Source: Chiloscyllium plagiosum (taxonomy: Eukaryota). From it: 64,000 nt of DNA. The notes under the pieces are model-generated. The model saw only the letters and a program-made list of their open reading frames with translations, searched no databases and was not told where the DNA came from. Shown here piece after piece: positions 1-12,640 of the stretch; the stretch's first letter is position 1; every line of letters begins with the position of its first letter. The stretch lies in NCBI RefSeq assembly GCF_004010195.1, contig NC_057718.1, positions 26,039,341 to 26,103,340 of the forward strand, given 5' to 3'. A program made the translations under genes and the position numbers.

Positions 1-324
1 CAAAGTCTTTTCCCTGGGGTCAGGGAGTCCAGAACTAGAGGACATAGGTTTAGGGTGAGAGGGGAAAGATATAAAAGAGACCTAAGGGGCAACCTTTTCA
101 CGCAGAGGGTGGTACGTGTATGGAATGAGCTGCCAGAGGAAGTGGTGGAGGCTGGTACAATTGCAACATTTAAGAGGCATTTGGTTGGGTATATGAATAG
201 GAAGGGTTTGGAGGGATATGGGCCGGGTGCTGGCAAGTGGGACTAGATTGGGTTTGGATATCTGGTCGGCAAGGACAGGTTGGACCGAAGGGTCTGTTTC
301 CGTGCTGTACATCTCTATGACTCT
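1..324 (+). mobile_element. HER1 (CR1-clade LINE) 3' end
   Basis: ORF2 C-terminus (FTQRVVRVWNELPEEVVEAGTIATFKRHL) plus 3' tail ...gggtctgtttccgtgctgtacatctctatgactct, repeated many times in the window. Confidence 0.9.
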
Positions 325-2625
325 AAGAGTGAAGGGTAAGGACAGCAGGTCCAGAGAACCCGGGATGTCAAGGGATATCAAGAGTTTTATAAAGAAAAAG
401 CAGGGAACATACGTTAATACCGTGCAGTAAAACAGGGTAGCCCTTAAGAAGTATAGAGAGTGTAGGAGGTTGCTTAAAAAGGAAATTAGAAGGGCAAAGA
501 AGGGTCACAAAATATCTTTGGCAGATGGGATCATGACAAACCCCAAGGTTTTCTCTAAGTATATTAAAAGTAAGAAGATTGCCAGGGAACAGGTGGGACC
601 TAATAGAGTCAAAAGAAGGGACCTATGTGTGGAGCCAGTGGATGTGGGTGAGGTCCAAAAATGAATACTTCTTATCTGTATTCACAAAGGAATAGTGGGT
701 GGCACGGTGGCACGGTGGTTAGCACTGCTGCCTCACAGCGCCAGAGACCCGGGTTCAATTCCCGCCTCAGGCGACTGACTGTGTGGAGTTTGCACGTTCT
801 CCCCGTGTCTGCGTGGGTTTCCTCCAGGTGCTCCGGTTTCCTCCCACAGTCCAAAGATGTGCAGGTCAGGTGAATTGGCCATGCTAAATTGCCCGTAGTG
901 TTAGGTAAAGGGTAAATGTAGGGGTATGGGTGGGTTTCGCTTCGGCGGGTCGGTGTGAACTTGTTGGGCTGAAGGGCCTGTTTCCACACTGTAATGTAAT
1001 CTAAAAAAAAAATCTAAAGAAAGACACTGTAGCTGGAGATTTCAGTTGGGATGGTGAGGTTCTAGAATAGTAGATGATTACTAAGGAGGAGACTTTGATG
1101 CTTCGGTGGCTATACAGGTGCACAAAATCCCAGGGCCTGTTTGGGGTATATCCCAGGATGCTAAAGAAGGCAAGGGAGGAGATTGCTAGGTCTTTGTCAG
1201 ATATAGTTACTACTTTGCTGGCCACAGGTGAAGTGACAGATGACTGGATGATAACTAATATTGGTCCTTTGTTCAAGAAGGGCAGCATGGATAAGCCAGG
1301 TAATTACAGACCAGTTAGTCTGACATCAATGGTAGGGAAATTATTGGAAAAAATTCTGAAGGACGGGATTAATCAATATTTAGAAAGGCAGAGTTGATTG
1401 GGGTAGTCAGCACTGATTTGTTAGGGTGATGTCCTGTCTGACATATTTAATTGAGCTTTTTAAAAAAATAAATGATTAAATGTATTGATGAGGTTCATGC
1501 AGTTGATGTGGTTTACATGGACTTTAGTGAGGCCTTTGAGAAGGTCCTACATGGAAGGCAGGTCTGAAAGGTCTTGGCAACTGGATCCAAAACTAGCTTC
1601 CAAACTGGCTGGTGGTGGGTTGTTTTTGCAATTAGACTTCTGTGACCAGCGATGTACCACAGGGATCAGTGCTGGGACCCTTGTTGTTTGTAATGTACAT
1701 TAACAACTTGGATATGAATGTAGAAAGTATAATTAGTAAGTTTGCAGATGACACAAAAATTGGAGGTGTTGATAGAGATGAAGATGATCTTGAGCCACTT
1801 TATTAGCTGGTAAATTGGGCATAGCACTGGCACATGGAATTTAATCCTGATAAGTGTGAAGCTTTGCATTTTGGTATGTATAATAATAGAAGAGTATGCA
1901 CAATAAGTGGTAGGTCACTAGGGAGTACTGAGGAACAAAGGAACCTTTGTGTATAAGTCCATAGATCCCTAAAGGTGTCAGCACAGGTAGACAGGGTGGT
2001 GAAGAAAGCATACAGGCTACATATTAGCTGGGGCACAGAATATAGGAGCAATAAATTTTTGTTGCAACTTTATAAAACATTAGTTTGGCCACAGGTAGAA
2101 TACTGTGTGTAGTTTTGGTCACCACACTATCAGAAGGATGTGCTCGCACTGTAGAGAGTGGAGAGGAGATTCACCAGGATGTTGCCTGGGATGAAAAACC
2201 TCAGTTATGAGGAGAGACTGAATAGGCTGGGTTTATTTTTCTTGGAGCAGAGGAAGCTAAGGGGGATCTGATTGAGGTATATAAAATAATAAGAGGTATA
2301 GTCAGAGAGTAGATCATAAGAATCTCTTTTCCACAGCAGATGTGTCTGAGGTCAGAGGTGATAAATTTAAAGTGAGGACCAAGTGGTTTAGAGGAGATCT
2401 GAGAAAGAAGTTTTTCACTCAGAGCCTGATAGAAATGTGTTGCCTGACAGCGTCGTGGAGGCAGGTTCTCTCAGTTTTAAGAAGCAAGTGGATGAGTACT
2501 TAAAATACTGGAGCATAGTCGGCCCAAGTACCACCAAGTATAAGTAAATGGGATTAGTTTAGTTTGGGCTTGTTGGTCGGCATAGATGCAGTGGGCTGAA
2601 GGATCTGTTTCTATGCTGCATGATT
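325..2625 (+). mobile_element. Older CR1-clade LINE, decayed ORF2 (RT), interrupted by an HE1 SINE
   Basis: Peptides PLFKKGSMDKPGNYRPVSLTS, SKFADDTKIGG and a CR1-type 3' tail; many stops and frameshifts. Confidence 0.85.
697..1017 (+). mobile_element. HE1 SINE (tRNA-derived V-SINE)
   Basis: tRNA-like head with A/B boxes (ggcacggtggttagc...gggttcaattccc), central gtgtggagtttgcacgttctccccgtg, tail gggctgaagggcctgtttccacactgta. Confidence 0.92.
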
Positions 2626-2877
2626 AATTTCAAGTATTTTGCGTCACCTAGTAACTGTCTGATATAAGCAGAGGTTAGGCAACAAATCATCTGAAATTGT
2701 ACAAGACATGACAGTTCATGAATTCTTTATTTAATATGTTCAGGCTATTGGCAAATACGTCATGGACATGGCTTGGTTATCCTTAAAATACAGGAATGGG
2801 GAAATATGATGATGAATAGATGTAAAACTTGAAAAATTATACAGTTGTACTGTGAAAACAGGAAAAGCTACACTGTT

Positions 2878-3048
2878 ATAAAGGTAAAGTCGCCATATTG
2901 GGCTACACTCTCAGTAAAGAGAGAAGACTTGTGATGTGTTTAACTTGAGGGTGACCACATCTGTACAAAAGGTGAGGTTGAGAAGGCAGGACCTCAGCCA
3001 GCATGGGAATTGAACTCATGCATCACAAACCAGCCATCCAGCCAACTG
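2878..3048 (-). mobile_element. Decayed tRNA-derived SINE (non-HE1 family)
   Basis: Minus strand reads cagttggctggatggctggtttgtgatg...gagttcaattccc (B box) and ends tatggcgactttacc. Confidence 0.5.
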
Positions 3049-4006
3049 CATGTCGATATAAATAACTTGTTGAACCAAACTTTTTGAAGGCTACAATCTT
3101 GGGTATTGTATTGAGATCATACTCATCATGCTCTCCTGCACTGATCTGCTGGAGTTTGCATTGGTTCATGAAAGAATTATGACCAGACACGAGAACAGTA
3201 GACCTCCATGTCACAGTTGGCACACTCAGAATCGGCTGTTACAGACAAAATTTTAAAATGAATCACCTTCCCTATTCTCACCACTTCAAAGCAGAGTAAA
3301 ATATATGTCTTTTCTTTCCATTTTTCAAACAATGGTGGTATATTTCCTTATCTGTTCTGTTTGTGACTCAGACTTTGAAAGGACTGCAACAGCACTATTT
3401 TAAAGTTAAGCAGAGGTAGAGTTTATTTCACATAATATTAAAACACAGGAGATTGAACATCAGTATTTTGCAACAATAGGCACGGTCTCAAACATTCAGG
3501 GCTAACAATCAAATTGAATAGAATTAACAGCAATTTAAGAATAAAACAACTGAGAGATCAAATCCATCAAAGATGGAGTTGCTTTTAAGATGGAGTTTAC
3601 AAGTCCAGAGTTCAAGTCAGCAGTCTGGAATTCCTCTATGTGGGTTAGTTGTTTGACTAGCCAGTGGTTTAGGAGTTAAACAGCATTCATTTTCTTTAAA
3701 AGAAATCTCCTCTGACGAAAGTTGTTGAAATATAACTTCTGTCTCATTGTTTTAGCAAAATAAAGTTAAATACTTTCTGAGACCATAGCTATACACTGTT
3801 ATGTATTGAGGCCAGAAACTTTCCCATTGTAGCTCAGATTGGAGGTTTTGAAATCATCAGATTTTGTATGAAGCCATGTTCACCCTTTAATTCACTTCTC
3901 TTTCAAAATTGTATGGTTGAAAGGTAGTTGAGGTTCGCACTGTAGGAAGCAGTCATCATCAAGACAACTGGTTACATTGCAGAAAATCAACTGTCTATAG
4001 CCCATC

Positions 4007-4061
4007 CTAGCACCACACCTTTTGACTCTGATCTCCAGCATCTGCAGTCCTCCCTTTCTCC
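4007..4061 (+). mobile_element. Penelope-like element 3' tail fragment
   Basis: cagcaccacac...gactctgatctccagcatctgcagtcctc-type tail matching 44565-44610 and 53545-53599. Confidence 0.7.
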
Positions 4062-5030
4062 CTGTTAAGAAGTACGGAGGATCAGAAGGACCTTGGTGTC
4101 CATATCCACAGATGCTTGAAGACAACAAGACAGATGGACAAAGTGGTTCAGAAGGCATATGGGACACTTACCTTTATTAGTTAAGGCACTGAATACAAGG
4201 GAAAGGAATGTATGATAGAGCTGTATGAAATTTTAGTTAGGCCACAGCCAGAGTATTATGTGTGTTACTGGTCTCCATACTATAAAGGAATGTGATTACA
4301 CTCAAATGGATCCAGAGGAAAGGGACAAGACTGAGGTGTACAGATTATGAGGGGGTTAGAGAGAGTAGATTGGAAGAAATGTTTACCCTTTGTAGATCGA
4401 TCAATAATTAGGGCATGGATTTAAGGTAAAGGGCAGAATATTTAGAGGGAATTTAAGGAAGAATTATTTTCATGTAGAGAATGTTAGGTATCTGGAACTC
4501 ACTGATGAAAGGCAGGAGCCATCTCAACATGCTGCTAGGGTGGCATGGTAGCCCAATGATTTGCACTGCTGCCTCACAGTGACAGGGACCCAGGGTCGAT
4601 TCCAACCTCAGGTGACTGTCCGTGTGGAGTTTGCACATTCTCCCCGTGTCTGTGTGGGTTTCCTCCGGGTGCTCTCGTTTCCTCCCACAGTCCAGAGATG
4701 TGCAGATTAGGTGAATTGGCCATACTAAATTTCCCATAATGTTCAGGGATGTGTAGGTTAGGTGCATTAGTTGGGTAAATGGGTCTGGGTGGGTTACTGT
4801 TCAGAAGGTTGATGTGGACTTGTTGGGCTGAAGGGATTCACTGTAGGGATTCTATGGACTCTGTAAGGATTCTGTGAATTTAAGAAGTATTTAGATGATC
4901 ACTGGATGTGCATAACATACAAGGTTACGGACCAAGTACAAGAAAGTGAGATGAGAGGAGATAGGTGCTTGATGGCTGAAACAGACATAATGGGCTGAAG
5001 GACTTCTTTCTATACTATATAACTCTCCAT
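4062..5030 (+). mobile_element. Old CR1 LINE 3' fragment interrupted by HE1
   Basis: Degenerate match to the CR1 RT C-terminus and tail (gggctgaaggacttctttctatactatataactct). Confidence 0.7.
4538..4878 (+). mobile_element. HE1 SINE (older)
   Basis: Homologous to 697-1017. Confidence 0.88.
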
Positions 5031-5189
5031 TTCATAGAAGTTCAAGTCAGCTGGAAAATGAATGCCATAGACACTCCCTCATGGGAGTGAAATGCTAACA
5101 GAGACAAATAAAATAAACTCTACACAGAGTTGCAAGTTTGATCGATCCTGTAAGATGTTTTAATAACTTTCCATGTTACCTGAGGAATG

Positions 5190-5283
5190 TGATAAAGAGC
5201 TTATGCTTGAAACGTCGACTCTCCTGCTCCTCGTTTGCTGCCTGACCGGCTGTAGTTTTCCAGCGCCACACTTTTTGACTCTG
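5190..5283 (+). mobile_element. Penelope-like 3' tail fragment with degenerate hammerhead core
   Basis: gataaagagcttatgcttgaaacgtcgactctcctgctcctc...ttttccagcgccacactttttgactct. Confidence 0.7.
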
Positions 5284-5284
5284 T

Positions 5285-5985
5285 ACTTCTTAAGGTCCTA
5301 CTCCTTTGTCTTGACCTTTCAAATGCATCACCTCACACTTTTTGGGATTTAGTTTCACTTGCCATTGTTTTCCTATCTGACCAGCCCATCTATGTTGACC
5401 TGTAGGCCATAAGTCTTCCCTTCTTTCTGTTTACCCGATACAAAGTTTTGTGTCATCTGCGAACTTATTGTTCAAAACCTCTGACATTTATGTCTAAACC
5501 TTTAACAGATGCGACAATCTGCAAGGAACCCTGCACTGAACCCTGCAGGGTTCCAATCACAAAAGCAACATTCCACCATCACCCTCTGCGTCATGCCACT
5601 ATGCCACTATCAGATCCAATTTGCAAATAACCCTTGACGTTTCGGGCTGTTACCTTCTTGACCAGTCTCTGATGTGAGATCTTGTTAAAAGCCGAACTGA
5701 CATCAACTGCACTATCCTCATGCACACATCTAGTAACCTCATTAAAAAACTCACTCAAATCTGTTGGACACATTCTCCCCCTGACAAAGCCATGCTGGCT
5801 AGGCTTGATTAATCCTTGTGTCAGAAGGTAAGTGGACAAATGGAGATTAATTCTGCCCCTCAGAATGTTGTCCTACCACTATTGATATACTCTGGTTCAC
5901 TGGTTTATCCCTACCACCCTTCATGAATTATGTTTTCACATTAGGTATCCTCCAGTCGTCTGGCATTTTTCCTATGACTTGATTA
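5285..5985 (-). mobile_element. CR1 LINE RT fragment
   Basis: ORF 5591-5839: QGLIKPSQHGFVRGRMCPTDLSEFFNEVT. Confidence 0.75.
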
Positions 5986-6392
5986 TGTATATTCTGCCTG
6001 CCAAATTAACTCGGCATTTCTTCTACGTGTCCAAGCATCAGCCGTTACAGTATCCAAATTAGTTGAAACACTCACCAACCACAATAGCAATCCCCCCCCG
6101 CTCCGCACCAACCCGTCTGACCATCCCAAAAACCCATGATTCAGGAATCTTAAGCACTTGTCCTGTGCCAACTCCTCAGCCACATATTCCTCTGCTCGAT
6201 CTGCCATGTTTTATACCCACAAGCACGTGACATCAACAGAAATCCACAAATCCTGCTTTTTAATCAGTTACCGAGCTCTCTCAATTCTTTTTATAGGACC
6301 TCGCAGTTCAGTGACATGCTAGACCCTGGCTCCAGGAAGGCAGCACATTATCCTGGGACATATCACTTTAGCTACCTTTACCTCTCTCTGCA

Positions 6393-6720
6393 AATAGACA
6401 AGGTCTTTTTCCCTGGGTTGGGGCGAGTCCAAAACTAGAGGGCATAGTTTTAGGGTGAGAGGGTAAAGATATAAAAGGGACCTAAGAGGCAACTTTTTCA
6501 CACAGAGTCTATAGAATGAGCTGCCAGAGGAAGTGGTGGAGACTGGTACAATTACAACATTTAAGAGGATCTGGATGGGTATATGAATAGGAAGGGTTTA
6601 GAGGAATATGGGCCAACTGCTGGCAAATGGGACTAGTTTAAGGTAGGCTATCTGATCGGCATGGACGAGTTGGACTGAAGGATTTGTTTCCATGCTCTAC
6701 ATTTCTATGACTCTATGACT
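6393..6720 (+). mobile_element. HER1 LINE 3' end
   Basis: Homologous to 1-324, ends tctatgactctatgact. Confidence 0.88.
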
Positions 6721-6724
6721 TTAT

Positions 6725-6880
6725 TGGTTTATTTTATTCATTTGTGGGGCATGGGCATCGCTGACTGGTGACAGACCCACAGTGGCTTAAGGGAAGAAAT
6801 TCCAGGATTTTGACCCAGCGACAGTGAAGGAACGGTGATATATTTCCAAGTCAGAATGGTGAGTAGCTTGGATGGCAACA
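6725..6880 (-). mobile_element. 3' tail of second (CR1/L2-like) LINE family
   Basis: Reverse complement resembles 53040-53250 (accactcaccatcctga...atatatc...gtcgctgggtcaaaatcctggaa...atgaataaaa). Confidence 0.55.
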
Positions 6881-7945
6881 TCCACTGGTTCTCCTTTGTC
6901 TAACTTGCTTGTTAGCTCCTCAAAGATTTGTCAGGCATGAACTCCTCTTGATGAAGCTATTCTGACTTAGTCCTACTTTACCTTGTACTTCCAAGTACTC
7001 CACAGTCTCAACCTTAATAATGAACTCTAAACTCTTACCAAAGACTGGGTTCAGGCTAACCAGCCTTTAATTTCATGTCTTCTAACTCCCTTGTCCCACT
7101 TTTAAACAGTCATTTTCTAGTGTTCTAGGACCTTCCCTGATCCTGATGATTCCTGCAAGATCACCAATAGTGCCTCCATGATCTCCTCAGCTATCTCCTA
7201 CAAAATGTTGGGATGTAGTCCATCCAGTCTAGGTGATTTATCTACCTTCAGAACTTTCAGCTTCTAAAGCACCTTCTCCATAGTGATGGCCACTATACTC
7301 ACCTCTGCCCCTGGACTGTCTTGAAGTTCTCGAACGCTACTGGTGTCTTCTACTATGAAGGCCAATGCAAAATACCTATTTAGTTCCTCCATTACTTCTT
7401 TGCTCCCCATTCCTACTTCTCCAGCTTGGTTTTCCAATGGTACAATGTCCACTCTTGCCTCTCTCTTCCCTTTACTCTACCATCCTTATTTTATATTACT
7501 AGCTAGATAACTCTCATACTTCATCTTCGGAATCTCCATTGCTTGTTCAGTTGTCCTTTGCTGATTTTTAAAGGCCTCGAAATCCTCTGGCTTTCTTCTA
7601 ATCCTCACCACATTATATGGCGTTTGTTTTGCTATTATACTGTCAGCCGAGTCAGCCATGTTTGCTACATCCTCTCCTTAGTATATGTCTTTTGGCTTGG
7701 GATACAGTTCTACTGTGTCTTCTGAATTACCCGCAGAAACCTTTGCCATTGCTGTTTCACTACTTTCTCTGCTCGGCTCCCCTTTCAATCAATTTTGGAC
7801 AGCACCTCCTTCGTGTCTTTGTAGTTACCTTTACTCCATTGTAATATAGTTACATCTGATTCCAGCTTCTCCCTCTCAAACTGCAGGTGAATTCTATCAT
7901 ATTATGGTCACCACCACCAAGGGGTTCCTTTACCTTAAGCTCCCT
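6881..7945 (-). mobile_element. CR1 LINE ORF2 fragment (EN-RT linker to RT start)
   Basis: ORF 7264-7452 EVMEELNRYFALAFIVED; minus strand includes DKSPRLDGLHPNIL-like and QHSFIKR-like segments. Confidence 0.7.
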
Positions 7946-10900
7946 CAGAAAGGGAACCGGCAGGCAGTGCAGGGATACCCTGTGGCCATTCCCCTCAACA
8001 ATAAGTATGCCGTTTTGGATACTGTTGGGGGGGGATGACTTACCAGGGGAAAGCAGTGGGGCACCTGCTGCTCAGAAGGGAAGGGGGAAAAGGAGCAGAG
8101 CAGTAGTCACTGGGGACTCGATAGTTAGGGGGACAGATAGGAGGTTCTGTGGGGATGAGACAGACTCATGGTTGGTNNNNNNNNNNNNNNNNNNNNNNNN
8201 NNNNNNNNNNNNNNNNNNNNNNNNNNNNNNNNNNNNNNNNNNNNNNNNNNNNNNNNNNNNNNNNNNNNNNNNNNNNNNNNNNNNNNNNNNNNNNNNNNNN
8301 NNNNNNNNNNNNNNNNNNNNNNNNNNNNNNNNNNNNNNNNNNNNNNNNNNNNNNNNNNNNNNNNNNNNNNNNNNNNNNNNNNNNNNNNNNNNNNNNNNNN
8401 NNNNNNNNNNNNNNNNNNNNNNNNNNNNNNNNNNNNNNNNNNNNNNNNNNNNNNNNNNNNNNNNNNNNNNNNNNNNNNNNTGAGGAGCATCCGAAATAAA
8501 GTGGGTGAACTGGCAGCGCGGGTTGGTACCTGGGACTTCGATGTTGTGGCCATTACGGAGACATGGATAGAGCAGGGACAGGAATGGCTGTGGCAGGTTT
8601 CGGGATTCAGATGTTTCAGTATGAACAGAGAAGTGGTAAAAGAGGGGAAGGTGTGGCATTGTTGATCAGGGACAATATTACAGTTGTAGAAAGGATGTTT
8701 GGGGACTCGTTAACAGGTAGTATGGGCTGAGGTTAGAAACAGGAAAGAAGAAGTCACCATGCTGGGAGTTTTCTATGGGCCTCCGAATAGTCCCAGAGAG
8801 GTAGAGGAAAGGATAGCAAAGATGATTCTCGATAGGAGTGAGAGAGGCAGGATAGTTGTCATGGGGACTTCAACTATCCAAATATTGACTGGGATCACTA
8901 CAGTACGAGTACTTTAGATGGGTCAGTTTTTGTCCAGTGTGTGCAGTAGGGTTTCCTGACACAGTATGTAGACAGGCCTACAAGGGGCGAAGCCACTTTA
9001 GATTTAGTACTGGGTAACCAGCCTGGCCAGGTGTTAGATTTGGAAGTAGATGAACACTTTGGAGACAGTGATCACAATTCTGTCAGGTTTACTTTAGTGA
9101 TGGAAAGGGATAGGTGTACTCCACCAAGCAAGAGTTACAGCTGGGGGAAGGGAAATTGCGATGCAATTAGAAAAGATTTAGGAAGCGTAGAACGGGGAAG
9201 GAAACTGCAGGGGATGAGCACATTAAAAATGTGGAGCTTATTCAAGGAAAACCTCCTGTGTGTCCTAGATAAGTATGTACCTGTCAGGCAGGGAGGAAGA
9301 TATAGAACGCGTGAGCCATGGTTTACTAAGGAAGTGGAATCCCTGGTCAAGAAGAAGAAGAAGGCTTATGTTAGGACAAAATGTGAAAATCAGTTAGGGC
9401 GCTCGAGGGTTACAAGGAAGTCAGGAAAGACTTAAAAAGAGAGCTCAGAAGAGCCAGGAGGAGACATGAGAAGTTGTTGGTGGATAGGATCAGAGTTAAC
9501 CCTAAGGCTTTCCATAGGTATGTTAGGAATAAAAGAATGATGAGAGTTAAATTAGGGCCAATCATGGATAATAGTGGGAAGTTGTGTATGGAGTCAGAGG
9601 AGATAGGGGAAGCACTAAATAAATATTTTTCGACAGTGTTCACTATAGAAAATGAAAATGTTGGCAAGGAAGATACAGAGATACTTGCATCTAGACTAGA
9701 AGAGATTGAGGTTCACAAGGAAGAGGTATTAGAAATACTGCAGAGTGTGAAAATAGACAAGTCCCCTGGGCCGGATGGGATCTATCCTAGGATCCTCTGA
9801 GAAGCAAGGGAAGAGATTGCCGAGCCTTTGGCATTGATCTTCAAATCATCATTGTCTACAGGAATAGTGCCTGAGGACTGGAGGATAGCGAATGTGGTTC
9901 CCTTGTTCAAAAAGGGTAGTAGAGACAACCCTGGTAATTACACATCAGTGAGTCTCACTTCAGTTGTTGGTAAAGTGTTGGAAAAGGTTATAAGAGGTAG
10001 GATTTATAACCATCTAGAAAAGAATAATCTGATCAGGGACAGTCAGCACGGTTTTGTGAAGGGTAGGTCATGCCTAACGAATCTTATTGACTTTTTTGAC
10101 AGTGACCATACAGGTAGATGAGAGTAAACCGGTTGATGTGGTGTATATGGATTTCAGCAAGGCATTCGATAAGGTTCCCCACAGTAGGCTATTATACAAA
10201 ATGCAGAGGAATGTGATTGTGGGAGACACAGCAGTTTGGATCAGTAATTGGCTTGCTGAAAGAAAACAGAGGGTTGTAGTTGATGGAACATGTTCATCTT
10301 GGTGTCCAGTTACTAGCAGCGTATCTCAAGGGTTGGTGTTGGGTCCACTGCTGTCCGTCATTTTTATAAATGACCTGGATGAGGGCTAAGAAGGGTGGGT
10401 TAGTACATTTGCGGACGACACTAAGGTCGGTGGAGTTGTGGATAGTGATGAAGGATGTAGTAGGTTGCAGAGAGACACAGATTGGATGCAGAGCTGGGCT
10501 GAGAGGTGGCAAATGGAGTTTAATGTGGACAAGTGTGAGGTATTACACTTTGGATGGAGTATTCGGAATGCAAAGTACTAGGATAATGGTAAGATTCTTG
10601 GGAATGCAGATGAGCAGAGAGATCTCAGTGTCCATGTGCACAGATCCCTGAAAGTTGCCACCCAGATTGACAGGGTTGTTAAGAAGGCATACAGTGTTTT
10701 GGNNNNNNNNNNNNNNNNNNNNNNNNNNNNNNNNTGGAGTATTGTGCACAGTTCTGGTCACCGCATTATAAGAAGGATGTGGAAGCTTTGGAAAGGGTGC
10801 AGAGGAGATTTACTAGGATGTTGCCTGGTATGGAAGGAATGTCTTATGAGGGAAGGCTGAGGGCCTTGAGGCTGTTCTCGTTAGAGAGAAGGTTGAGAGG

Positions 10901-11253
10901 TGATTTAATAGAGACATACAAGATAATCAGAGGATTAGATAGGGTGGACAGGGAGAGCCTTTTTCCAAGTACGGGAATGGCAAACACGAGGGGACACAAC
11001 TTTTAAGTGAGGGGAGATAGGTATATGACAGATGTCAGAGGTTGTTTCTTTACTCAGAGAGTAGTAAGGGTATGGAATGCTTTGCCGCAACGGTAGTATA
11101 TTCGCCAAGTCTAAATGCATTTAAGTCGTCATTGGACAGTCATATGGACGTACATGGAATAATGTAGGTGGGATGGGCTTCAGATTAATATGACAGGGCA
11201 GTGCAACATCGAGGGCCGAAGGGCCTGTATTGCGCAGTAATGTTCTATGTTCT
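7946..11253 (+). mobile_element. Near full-length CR1-clade LINE: ORF1 end (SGNH-esterase GDS motif), gap, then ORF2 (APE endonuclease + RT) and (GTTCTAT)n-type tail
   Basis: RAVVTGDSIVRGTDRRFCG (ORF1); RSIRNKVGEL...DVVAITETW, GDSDHNSV (APE); [38 protein letters not shown] (RT); in-frame stops present. The join across the 8177-8480 gap is assumed. Confidence 0.85.
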
Positions 11254-11596
11254 AATTCACAGATTAGAACTGTTACCTCAGTGACGCTCAAATATATTCA
11301 TTTGGAGATCAATATGGCATATCTCACTTATGGAACTGCTGGAAACTTCTAATTAAATGTTTAAAAGTCATATTCCATTGCCTTGGGATCACATTCAAAG
11401 AGGGCTGCACATCCACACATCTGTAATTTCTCCATTGCAGCTCCATTCAAATGGAGACAACCCATCTGCAAAGCTAAATCAAGAATACTTGCCTTGCAGG
11501 AGTATGAATGGGGACCATCAATAAAATGTCAGATCAATTAGTAAGTGGAGCCAAATCATTGATCTAATCACTTGAACAACGTGGCTCTGGCTATTA

Positions 11597-11936
11597 GAGT
11601 AGATTCCCTACAGTATGGAAAGAGGCCCTTCAGCCCAACAAGTCCACACCAACCCTCCCAACAGTAGCCCACCCAGACCCATTCCCCTACCCTATTATCC
11701 TGTATTTACTCCTAACTAATGCACCTAACCTACACATCCCTGAACACTATGGGCATATTTAGCATGGCCTATTCACCTAACCTGCACATCTTTGGATTGT
11801 GGGAGGAAACCGGAGCACCCGGAGGAAACCCACACAGACACGGGGAGAATGTGCAAACTCCACACAGACGGTTACCTGAGTCTGGAATTGAACCCGGATC
11901 CCGGTGCTGTGAGGTAGCAGTGCTAACCACTGTGCT
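11597..11936 (-). mobile_element. HE1 SINE
   Basis: Reverse complement homologous to 697-1017. Confidence 0.9.
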
Positions 11937-12489
11937 GAGTAAGCAAAGATTTTAAATAACTCACCGTGCATCAGAACAAATCTCCTGTCCAGCTACAGCC
12001 TTAAGCTGCTTCACTGCCTAAAGCAATAGGACTACCAGATTCAGCCAAGTTACCAAACTTCAAGAGCCATAAACCCCTTTAATTTTAGTGGGCCCAAATT
12101 GCTTCGTTGGTATCCCACTCTATTCCTATGTATGTGAACTTGGAGAACTGTGTGTAAGGGGAAAGCCAGCCCTTTTAAAATGTATTTTCCCTAAGTGCAG
12201 TAGTTTTTGTTGCATTTAACCCTATCACCATTTCCTTGTCAGCTATCAAATCAGATATCAAATGCCTGCTTGTGTCTTTTCCATTCACCAGCCATAAACT
12301 GTTCAGCACTCACGTAGATGCTTTTCAGAAAACCCGAACTCAAATGATGAGTGTGAAAAGAGGGAGTCCTTTCTCAGCTGATTCCAGCAGCACTAAACTC
12401 TCATAAGAGGCAGGTTGCTCACCAGCTGAGCAAGTGCTAACTTGAGAATTTCCAGATTGTGGTTTTACCAACAGGCCTCTTTATACCAC

Positions 12490-12640
12490 AGACAGGTTTT
12501 TTAACCAGTAAGAGAATCATGGGTTGGGGGAAACGGCACGAAGGTGGAGTTGAGGATTGTCAGATCAGACATGATCCCATTGAATGGCAGAGCAGACTCA
12601 ATGGGCGAAATTGCCTGCCTCTGCTCCTACATCTCTCCTT
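12490..12640 (+). mobile_element. CR1-type LINE 3' tail fragment
   Basis: gatcagacatgatcccattgaatggcagagcagactcaatgggcgaaattgcc, similar to 33540-33600 and to the reverse complement of 53760-53830. Confidence 0.55.

Noticed and set aside
697..770. tRNA-like heads of HE1 copies as tRNA genes
   Set aside because: They continue directly into SINE body and tail; not stand-alone tRNAs
661..989. Recurrent ORFs such as HGGTVVSTAASQRQRPGFNS / CGRKPEHPEETHADTGRTCKLHT
   Set aside because: Chance translations of the non-coding HE1 SINE on both strands, not a gene family
7887..8665. Long ORFs spanning N runs (also 14605-15801, 15090-15656, 39683-40565, 31813-32035)
   Set aside because: Their length is an artefact of assembly gaps translated as X; the flanks are LINE or SINE sequence
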